From Deltaproteobacteria bacterium (GTDB lineage Bacteria; Desulfobacterota; Desulfobacteria; Desulfobacterales; ETH-SRB1), in NCBI GenBank assembly GCA_030627405.1, contig DAOUSD010000002.1, positions 1 through 33,017 on the forward strand: a stretch of DNA of 33,017 bases, read 5' to 3'. The number at the start of each line of letters is the position of its first letter. Position 1 is the stretch's first letter. This document shows positions 26,870 through 33,017 of the stretch, piece by piece. The notes beneath the pieces are model-generated. The model searched no databases. It was not told where the DNA came from and was given only the letters and a program-made list of their open reading frames with translations. A program made the position numbers and the translations under genes.

Positions 26870-27847
26870 ATGGAAGGCCTTTTTGACGTAAACATTCCTG
26901 ATACAGAAATTATTAATAGACTTTCGAAAATGGAGTTCAGTAAAATAGGTGAGGGTTCCTCCGCCCATATTTTTGGTGATAATACCAAAAGCATCGTTCT
27001 AAAAATATTTCCACCACTCAACGTTGGAAATCCTCAAGACTTGGAATTTATCAACAAAAATATTTTTTATAAATACGCTGACATTTTAACCGCACGTTTG
27101 CAGAACTATCGGGCTATCAATTGGCTACGACAAAAAGCAAAATTTATTATTGCAGCATCTCATAGTTCTAAAAATATCGAACAGATTAAAAAGTCATGTG
27201 AATTATCTATAAATGCATATGAGATAAGTATTAAAAAAGGTCTTATGAAAGGACTTCCCACAAGGGTAATTCCAAATTGTGTATCAACATTGTCACTCAA
27301 TATAAATCGTAAACTTCTGAGTTACTTGTTGAAACCGAATAAAATTATAATCCAAGAGCGGTTTAATAATGATGATGTTGTATTAAACGTTATAAAATCA
27401 TTAGTGAAAAAAGGTGATATTCTATCCTCAAAAAAATTAATTGAGGGTGCTGTAAACTTTCAAGTCTATCTGTGGAAGCAAGGATTAACAAATACAGATA
27501 TGTCTTTTAATATGTTAGATAGTTTATTATTATTGTTGGATGGTGAATTCCAGATTCATGATGTAAATGGTATTAATGAGTCAATTAAGCACTCAAGATG
27601 GTATATTAGAGAAAAGGATAAAGATATAGGTTTGATATTTAGAGAAATGAAAGAAATAGGATATCCAGAATCACTGTATGCTACAAATCGTAAAGGTATT
27701 GCTGAAACAGCCCGTAAGTTGCATACATTTTTGCCAAAGCAATACAGGAACGATTTGGTAATGTCATTTCTAAACTTTTCTAGGGAAGTTTTATCAGAGA
27801 ATGTAATGATGACCAATTGGGAAAGTAATAAGTACTTACATAACTGA
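26870..27847 (+). CDS. Hypothetical protein, possibly protein-kinase-like fold (Kdo/WaaP/RIO-like); 3' end abuts the IS
   Basis: IGEGSSAHIF...IVLKIF resembles a Gly-loop plus Lys. TDMSFNML followed by QIHDVNG resembles HGDLxxxNIL ... IDF/DFG. The stop TGA (27845..27847) lies inside the IS terminal repeat. Confidence 0.35.
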   Translation: MEGLFDVNIPDTEIINRLSKMEFSKIGEGSSAHIFGDNTKSIVLKIFPPLNVGNPQDLEFINKNIFYKYADILTARLQNYRAINWLRQKAKFIIAASHSSKNIEQIKKSCELSINAYEISIKKGLMKGLPTRVIPNCVSTLSLNINRKLLSYLLKPNKIIIQERFNNDDVVLNVIKSLVKKGDILSSKKLIEGAVNFQVYLWKQGLTNTDMSFNMLDSLLLLLDGEFQIHDVNGINESIKHSRWYIREKDKDIGLIFREMKEIGYPESLYATNRKGIAETARKLHTFLPKQYRNDLVMSFLNFSREVLSENVMMTNWESNKYLHN

Positions 27848-29428
27848 AGTTTCACCGTTTTTCCAACAGTTTTTAGATCAAATTATTTATTTTTAAAAAA
27901 ATCACTATTTGGCACGAAAAATGAATTTCAATTTTGGTGCCAATATTTCTTATTATTTCAATAAGTTATATCGCTTTATTGCTTGCGATATACTCCTTTT
28001 TGTGGTATGAAATATAGCAGATAACCTGCTAAAATTAAACCCAAAAGGAGTGAAATTTCATGTTTATCTTACACAATGTCCTTAGGCCACTTCAAAATGA
28101 GTTTTCATCAAGTAACCTTGGCAACCAACGCAGTAGATGGTTCGTCTATGCCCTGCTTTCATTCATTATCCCTTTTACCAGCTCTATCTCATCGAACATT
28201 CTTCGTTGTATGCATACCTTTTTTGGAATCAATATCAATAAACGTAAATTCTATACGTTCATGGCATCAACCAAGCTTCCCTGGGATAAACTTTGGCCAA
28301 AATTGTGGGATTCTATTCCAGACCCTCTAACCGATGGACGATTGATAGTCGCTCTTGATGATTTTATCAACCCTAAAACCAGCAAAAAAATTTTTGGCTG
28401 TTCGCATATTTTTGACCATGCCGCAAAGTCAAACCAGAGCAAATACCCTTGGGCGCAGAATGTGGTTCTCGTTGGCTTGCTTACATTCATAAAAGGACGT
28501 TGGGCATGTCTGCCTTTTGCACATAGATTTTATCTGCCGCAAAAAGCTCTTACCTCAAAGTCAGGCAACATGAATATTCCTGGGAAAACAGTCTCATTTA
28601 AAACAAAACTGGAACAAGCGGTTGATATGCTGGTTCAATTAGCTCATCATTTTGACGGGACTAAAGTTTTGTGTACTTGTGATAGCTGGTTTGGCAATAA
28701 TGGGTTATTCAAACCTGCCCGAAATCATATTGGCAACCTGTTTAATTTGCTCTCACGATTACGCTCCAATATTGTGCTATATTCTATGGCACCCAAAAAA
28801 AAGCCGGGGCAACGTGGAAGAACACGTAAATATGGAAATCGTTTGGGCTCATGTAGTGAAATGGCTGCTATTTTCAAAGAACAAGCTTCAAAACTTCGGG
28901 TATTTCTTTATAGCGATTATCGTGATGTCATGACTTATTCAACGGTGGTCATGCTAAAAACACTCAAGTGCCCTATCCGGGTAGTATGGGTATTTCGGAA
29001 AACCCAATGGGTCGCACTATTTTCCACTGATCTGGATTTGTCAATTAAACAGATCATCGAATATTATGGGGCCAGATGGAAAATAGAATCAGGGTTCAAA
29101 GAAATCAAGCAGGAGATTGGCAGCAGTAAAAGTCAAACCCGTAATGCTCATGCTGTCATTAATCACATTAATTTTTCAATGATGGCTGCTACTATTATTT
29201 GGATTTATGGCGCACGTCTTGCAGATATCCCGGAACGTCGGCATAAAGTCAAAGGTCGTAACAGTTTTGCCTTTTCTGACCTTAGACATATTATAGCCAA
29301 AGCCGCACTGAATGAGGATTTTGATGCTGTTTGCCCGAGGCACCCCAAATCCTTGAAAAAATATTTCATTGACGTGCTGCTACGCATGGTTGCATGATAA
29401 TTATGCTTTGATTTCGGTGAAACTTCAG
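27844..29428 (+). mobile_element. Insertion sequence (about 1.58 kb), IS4-superfamily (IS4/IS701-like)
   Basis: It has 14-bp perfect terminal inverted repeats, ctgaagtttcaccg (27844..27857) and cggtgaaacttcag (29415..29428), enclosing a single DDE transposase ORF. Confidence 0.8.
28060..29397 (+). CDS. DDE transposase, IS4 superfamily
   Basis: Motifs seen are ALDDF (D1), CDSWF (D2) and YYGARWKIESGFKEIK, the Y-x2-R-x3-E-x6-K signature. aaggag lies 9 nt upstream of the ATG. Confidence 0.85.
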   Translation: MFILHNVLRPLQNEFSSSNLGNQRSRWFVYALLSFIIPFTSSISSNILRCMHTFFGININKRKFYTFMASTKLPWDKLWPKLWDSIPDPLTDGRLIVALDDFINPKTSKKIFGCSHIFDHAAKSNQSKYPWAQNVVLVGLLTFIKGRWACLPFAHRFYLPQKALTSKSGNMNIPGKTVSFKTKLEQAVDMLVQLAHHFDGTKVLCTCDSWFGNNGLFKPARNHIGNLFNLLSRLRSNIVLYSMAPKKKPGQRGRTRKYGNRLGSCSEMAAIFKEQASKLRVFLYSDYRDVMTYSTVVMLKTLKCPIRVVWVFRKTQWVALFSTDLDLSIKQIIEYYGARWKIESGFKEIKQEIGSSKSQTRNAHAVINHINFSMMAATIIWIYGARLADIPERRHKVKGRNSFAFSDLRHIIAKAALNEDFDAVCPRHPKSLKKYFIDVLLRMVA

Positions 29429-29584
29429 CTTAATAACATAGGCGAACTGTTTAATATCAAAGCATACAGTACTGTAAGCAGCATATTACGAAGAGTTTCG
29501 AGGCTCAAAAAATATGACAGAAAAATTAAAAGACAGATAGGAAAAATACAAGACAGCATTAATAAGGGTCAAAGGCAGACCTGA
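29429..29584 (+). pseudogene. 3' remnant of a gene encoding a DnaA-C-type HTH tail (as in RayT/IS200-like transposase fusions), cut by the IS
   Basis: LNNIGELFNIKAYSTVSSILRRVSRLKKYDRKIKRQIGKIQDSINKGQRQT begins exactly at the IS right end and has no upstream part. The family assignment rests on recalled resemblance and is uncertain. Confidence 0.4.
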
Positions 29585-29701
29585 CCCCTTTTTACACATT
29601 TTCTGCAGACGGTCATTCACAGTAAACAACGACGCCAAACAAGTAAGCTGATCAGGTGTTTTCTTCGGCTTACCGGGCAGTGGACTGGTTCAACTTGGCT
29701 C

Positions 29702-29875
29702 ATGGAACCTAAGGGACTCCATCGGGTGTTGACTGACCTTACTTCGAGCTATCGAAACAGGGCAGCACACATTGATGAACTTGCCAAAGACGATTACGTA
29801 GGCTGTCGTGAAATCGTAATCGGTGCTCAGGGCGTTCTATGGAAACTGATCCTTTCAACGGAGAGACACAAGTGA
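29702..29875 (+). CDS. Small ORF (57 aa) with an R-N-x3-H (HEPN-like) motif, possibly a truncated cassette gene
   Basis: The ORF reads MEPKGLHRVLTDLTSSYRNRAAHIDELAKDDYVGCREIVIGAQGVLWKLILSTERHK. It ends 13 nt before attC-1 and is below the 60-aa cutoff of the ORF track. Confidence 0.25.
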   Translation: MEPKGLHRVLTDLTSSYRNRAAHIDELAKDDYVGCREIVIGAQGVLWKLILSTERHK

Positions 29876-29888
29876 AATATAGAACCGC

Positions 29889-29950
29889 GTCTAACAAGGC
29901 TTTTGCAGCGGATCGCAAAAAGCCGCGCCCGCTGAAAAGCAACGTTATGC
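29889..29950 (+). other. attC recombination site 1 (62 bp)
   Basis: The site reads gtctaac-aag-gctttt(g)cagcgg-[17-nt loop]-ccgctgaaaagc-aac-gttatgc. It has the R'' box RYYYAAC, a 3x3 unpaired spacer, a 12-bp L stem with one extrahelical G, and the R' box GTTATGC. Confidence 0.75.
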
Positions 29951-29972
29951 ATATTAACAGGAGGTCATAATC

Positions 29973-30917
29973 ATGCCTCAATTCAAGAGGGTATTCCTTT
30001 ATGCAATCATACCTGCTCTTGTAGCTGGTTTTTTCTCATTGGCTCCAAAAATCTATGACGTTATTACCGAACCAAAATCTGAGTTAGCTTATAATGTCGT
30101 CGATGGCCCTGGACTTGATATACAAGGCAAGATAAGGAAGATCTATTCTGTTGAAGTACGGAATAGTGGTAAAAAAGCTCTCAGTAATATTCATGCTGAA
30201 TTAAGGGTCTCTAATGGACAGATTGAGCAATTTAAAATTGAAGACGCTTCCGGTATAAAACCATCCACCGATCTGTTAAATGATACCCTTTCAGTAAATG
30301 CCGACAACCTCCATCCAACCGAATCCTTTATCATTTCAGCAATGCTATTAATGCCAGCATTAGATACTAATGTGGCATTTAATCTTCGCAGTAAAGAAAC
30401 GCTCGGAAAAATCAGATCAGAAGATAGCCCCAAAAAGAATACAAAGCTTGACATAATTGGTGCAGTACTCGCAGGTTTTTCTGTTTTTTTTATGGCTACA
30501 CTGGTAGCTTCAGGAAGGATTCCACTCATAAAAACCCTTATGATGGGGGGAAGGCAAGATATTTTGTATTATATTACTGCAAGAGTCGGCCTAACAGACA
30601 TAACCAACCAATTGAGAGCTTTTGACACAAGCCTGACATATCTTAGAACGGCAGATATATTTCTTGCAGCTGGACTATCTAAAGAAGAACTTAGACCTTT
30701 AGCCATAAAGGCCCTTAAATGTATGTTACTGATAAGAAACATAGCGCCAGTTTCTTTGAATGTTGTCAAAAGAAATGTTCAGTTTCTGGAGGGCGGAAAT
30801 TATTTGGAGAAAGAAGTCAACTCTCTCCGAGAAGAATCAATAAATATTTCAAATTATTTAGAGCTACGTGATAGGGTTGACAGGCATTTAGCAGAAGGAT
30901 CTCCACATAGTGAGTGA
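29973..30917 (+). CDS. Cassette-encoded hypothetical membrane protein (2 predicted TM helices)
   Basis: aggagg lies 7 nt upstream of the ATG. TM1 is FLYAIIPALVAGFFSLAP and TM2 is LDIIGAVLAGFSVFFMATLVASG. A beta-rich domain of about 130 aa lies between them, and a helical tail of about 125 aa follows. No family was recognised. Confidence 0.6.
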   Translation: MPQFKRVFLYAIIPALVAGFFSLAPKIYDVITEPKSELAYNVVDGPGLDIQGKIRKIYSVEVRNSGKKALSNIHAELRVSNGQIEQFKIEDASGIKPSTDLLNDTLSVNADNLHPTESFIISAMLLMPALDTNVAFNLRSKETLGKIRSEDSPKKNTKLDIIGAVLAGFSVFFMATLVASGRIPLIKTLMMGGRQDILYYITARVGLTDITNQLRAFDTSLTYLRTADIFLAAGLSKEELRPLAIKALKCMLLIRNIAPVSLNVVKRNVQFLEGGNYLEKEVNSLREESINISNYLELRDRVDRHLAEGSPHSE

Positions 30918-30952
30918 ATTTTGGAAACAAGCTTCTGTTAACCAAGCTGAAT

Positions 30953-31022
30953 GCATAACCTCAGCATTAAGGTAGACGGTCAAAGCTAGCGCTTTTCCCG
31001 CTGCTTATGCTGGTCGTTAGCA
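30953..31022 (+). other. attC recombination site 2 (70 bp)
   Basis: The site reads gcataac-ctc-agcat(t)aag ... cttatgct-ggtc-gttagca. TAAC pairs with GTTA, there is an 8-bp L stem with a bulged T, and an inner hairpin aaagc/gcttt. Confidence 0.55.
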
Positions 31023-31046
31023 ACACAGAAAACATGGAGAGTAAAA

Positions 31047-31592
31047 TTGAAAATAAGAAAATCGACTGAATCAGATTTAAAAGATGTACTGGATGTCGAA
31101 ACACAAGCATTCGGCAATGAAAAAGGCCCTGAGATTGTAGGTCTTGTAAATGGATTGTTAATTGATCCGACTGCCATGCCACTTTTGTCCCTTCTTGCTG
31201 TTAATGATGATAAAACAATTGGGCATATTCTGTTCACAAAAGCACGTATCACTGATTCAAAAGAATCAATATCGGCTGCGATACTTGCTCCACTTGCAGT
31301 TCTTCCTGATGCCCAATGTCAAGGTGTCGGTGGTCAGCTTATTGAAGAGGGCTTGAGGTTATTGTCAGAATCGGGGGTTGCGCTGGTATTTGTACTCGGG
31401 CATCCTGATTACTATCCACGCCATGGATTCAAGCCAGCAGGTGCTCTTGGATTTGAAGCATCTTACCCAATTCCAAATGAACACGCTAATGCGTGGATGG
31501 TTCAAGAACTTCGTCCCGGTGTGATTGGTAGCGTAAGTGGCAAGATTATATGTGCAGATGTGCTAAATCAGCCTGAGCATTGGCGTGAATAA
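31047..31592 (+). CDS. GNAT family N-acetyltransferase (YhbS/COG3153-like), cassette-encoded
   Basis: The start (M)KIRKSTESDL resembles the YhbS N-terminus. Motif A is QCQGVGGQLIEEGL, and the tail GHPDYYPRHGFKPA is present. The TTG start is preceded by ggagag. Confidence 0.8.
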   Translation: MKIRKSTESDLKDVLDVETQAFGNEKGPEIVGLVNGLLIDPTAMPLLSLLAVNDDKTIGHILFTKARITDSKESISAAILAPLAVLPDAQCQGVGGQLIEEGLRLLSESGVALVFVLGHPDYYPRHGFKPAGALGFEASYPIPNEHANAWMVQELRPGVIGSVSGKIICADVLNQPEHWRE

Positions 31593-31601
31593 GAAAAATA
31601 T

Positions 31602-31701
31602 TGCTAACAAAAGGATTGAGCTGACCACAAAAGCCGAGCCGATTTTCAGTAAATTCAAAACATTAGGCGGCTTTTGTGTCAGCTCATCCTTGCCGTTATA
31701 A
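31602..31701 (+). other. attC recombination site 3 (100 bp)
   Basis: The site reads tgctaac-aa-aaggat(t)gagctgac(c)acaaaagccg-[31-nt loop]-cggcttttgtgtcagctcatcctt-gcc-gttataa. It has a 24-bp stem with two extrahelical bases on the 5' arm. Confidence 0.75.
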
Positions 31702-31724
31702 GCTAAGAAAGAGAAAGTAGAGAT

Positions 31725-32072
31725 ATGTCAGATCGCTATAGTAAGGTAATTGGATACTTTGCCTATGCTTCTCCCACAGAAGTTGTTTGCACTGGCAAAG
31801 CTTGTGTAATTTCTGGTTCCCAACGTGCTATGTGTGACTACATCGCAGAAATTGATCCTGATGGGTGGAAGAAAAACACCATTAAAAAGACCAGGTTTGG
31901 TGAAATTCTGAGAGGCCTGCAACTTGGTGCGGCGTATGCATTTGATAAGGAGTCATATGCTAAGTTCTATCCCATCGCCCGCAAGGAAGGATTACCAGTT
32001 GCTGAAGGAGATTTCAAAAAACAAAAATCAAAAGACTTTCGGTTCTTCACTGTCCAGATAAAGAGCTTATAA
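31725..32072 (+). CDS. Cassette-encoded hypothetical protein (115 aa)
   Basis: The ORF fills the cassette between attC-3 and attC-4. Its stop TAA is part of the R'' box (ttaTAAc). No family was recognised. Confidence 0.5.
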   Translation: MSDRYSKVIGYFAYASPTEVVCTGKACVISGSQRAMCDYIAEIDPDGWKKNTIKKTRFGEILRGLQLGAAYAFDKESYAKFYPIARKEGLPVAEGDFKKQKSKDFRFFTVQIKSL

Positions 32073-32191
32073 CATGGCGCTGCACCCGACACCAGAAGCC
32101 GGGGCATTTTTTGCTTTTGCCATTTCAGAGCAAAACTTCGCTTTTGCCAGGTCATCATTGGCTTCCGGTGCCGGTGACCTTGCCGTTATAT
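32067..32191 (+). other. attC recombination site 4 (125 bp)
   Basis: The site reads ttataac ... cacc(c)gacaccagaagcc ... ggcttccggtgccggtg-accttgcc-gttatat. The long stem is imperfect, with two mismatches and one bulge. The 3' end ccttgccgttata is shared with attC-3. Confidence 0.55.
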
Positions 32192-32208
32192 TTTTAAAAG
32201 GAAAAGCA

Positions 32209-32946
32209 ATGCAAAGCACAACAAAGGATCTACGCTATCTCGAAGCGAAAGAAAAGTTCCTCGAATATGCATTTCTCGCCGTCGGTCACCACTTCGATTC
32301 TCGTGAAGATTTTAATAGCTATTTCGACTCAATAAACGGAGATGATCAAAAAAGTCTGTTCCTGAGAACGACATCTTTTTACTTGTTTCTGGTAAAGCGT
32401 GGTGACTGGATGGTCGACGTTCCAGGATCGGACAGAATTGTGGATTATCTTACAATCACTTATAAGTATGTAGGAATATTTTCGTTAATAGAATCCCTCT
32501 CAAATGAGAAATTCATAGATTTCTATCAATTTCTGATCAGACAAAAATCCGCGATTCCATTTCCAATAACTGACAAAAAAGCATTTGATCCATTCTATGA
32601 AAGGTACAAGACGGATTACGGCTCAATCAAAAAATGCATTGCCTTTTTCAGGGCACTCAGTCCTGTACGACAAGATGCACTGATTTCGCGTTTGGAGGTT
32701 CGAGGAACAGACCCTTCTATTGAAAGCCTCGCAAAATTTCTATACGAACTACGCTCAAAGTTCGTACACGAGGCAGAACTCGTCCACCACATGGTTGGTG
32801 GTGGTACATCCATCAGCTTCAAAGGCAAGAAAACTATAGTCTGTAAGTTATCTATCATTGATGCTTTAACATTTTTCGAGGAAGGTTTAATTGAGCATTT
32901 CAAAGATAACACCGAAATATATAGGGATAGGGACACCCATCGCTGA
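32209..32946 (+). CDS. Cassette-encoded hypothetical protein with a HEPN-like Rx4H motif
   Basis: The start was set at ATG 32209 (after aaggaaaag) because 32074..32208 is attC-4. FLYELRSKFVHE matches the R-x4-H HEPN signature within a predicted helical protein of 245 aa. Confidence 0.5.
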   Translation: MQSTTKDLRYLEAKEKFLEYAFLAVGHHFDSREDFNSYFDSINGDDQKSLFLRTTSFYLFLVKRGDWMVDVPGSDRIVDYLTITYKYVGIFSLIESLSNEKFIDFYQFLIRQKSAIPFPITDKKAFDPFYERYKTDYGSIKKCIAFFRALSPVRQDALISRLEVRGTDPSIESLAKFLYELRSKFVHEAELVHHMVGGGTSISFKGKKTIVCKLSIIDALTFFEEGLIEHFKDNTEIYRDRDTHR

Positions 32947-33017
32947 GCGCCCCTCCCACACCACCGGACATACGGATCACGTATCCGGCGATTCGGCTGG
33001 TCAAAACAGACACAAAT

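Larger units (their letters stand above)
29889..33017 (+). mobile_element. Integron-type gene cassette array (at least 4 attC sites, no intI in the window; CALIN-like)
   Basis: It shows a regular alternation of one plus-strand ORF and one imperfect palindrome bounded by (C/A)TAAC ... GTTA(T/G). All bulged bases are on the 5' arm. Confidence 0.7.

Noticed and set aside
26339-26968. 209-aa minus-strand ORF; similar minus ORFs at 22704..23108, 10205..10537, 17178..17519 and 30191..30529
   Set aside because: All lie antisense to plus-strand genes that carry recognisable family motifs. None has a motif or an RBS of its own, so they are treated as shadow ORFs.
27841-29436. Target-site duplication for the IS and the MITE (TAA/TTA flanks)
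   Set aside because: A TAA precedes both left ends, but the right flanks (cttaat for the IS, ttataa for the MITE) do not give a consistent direct repeat at a fixed offset. The duplication cannot be called from these two copies.
29739-29981. 80-aa minus-strand ORF
   Set aside because: It overlaps attC-1 and the start of the first cassette gene, and runs antisense to the HEPN-motif ORF. Cassette arrays are normally co-oriented, so it is probably spurious.
32947-33017. A fifth attC after the last cassette ORF
   Set aside because: A bulged hairpin (ccggacatacg gatca cgtatccgg, 32964..32988) is present, but there is no TAAC-type box before it and the window ends before any GTTA box. It cannot be assessed.
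1-33017. Search for an integron integrase, PEP-CTERM substrate proteins, tRNA/rRNA genes and Wza/Wzc exporters
   Set aside because: None was recognisable in any listed ORF or by reading the intergenic regions. Their absence from this window says nothing about the rest of the genome.

Overview
AT-rich bacterial window with three parts. (1) 243..27847 is a 27.6-kb, all plus-strand exopolysaccharide locus of the exosortase/EpsI type. It encodes a radical SAM enzyme, two AsnB-type amidotransferases, four intact glycosyltransferases plus fragments, a GT-C-like membrane protein, exosortase and EpsI. It also encodes an ATP-grasp ligase, WecB, a Wzx-like flippase, a polysaccharide deacetylase, a Wzy/O-antigen-ligase-like protein, a PaaK/CapK-like adenylating enzyme, two CapA-family genes, a methyltransferase and a kinase-like ORF. 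The locus shows decay and invasion: an Rpn/Transposase_31 gene, gene fragments, a frameshifted CapA gene, and short tandem repeats (7-mers between genes, in-frame 9-mers inside genes). (2) A 199-bp MITE (20..218) and a full-length IS4-superfamily IS (27844..29428) share the same terminal repeats in the same orientation and bracket the whole locus. (3) From about 29.6 kb to the window end lies an integron-type cassette array. At least four attC-like sites (RYYYAAC ... GTTRRRY with bulged stems) separate single plus-strand ORFs: a 2-TM protein, a YhbS-like GNAT, a 115-aa orphan and a protein with a HEPN-like Rx4H motif. No integrase is present in the window. No rRNA, tRNA or CRISPR array was recognised. 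All family calls come from motif reading by eye; no database search was run.
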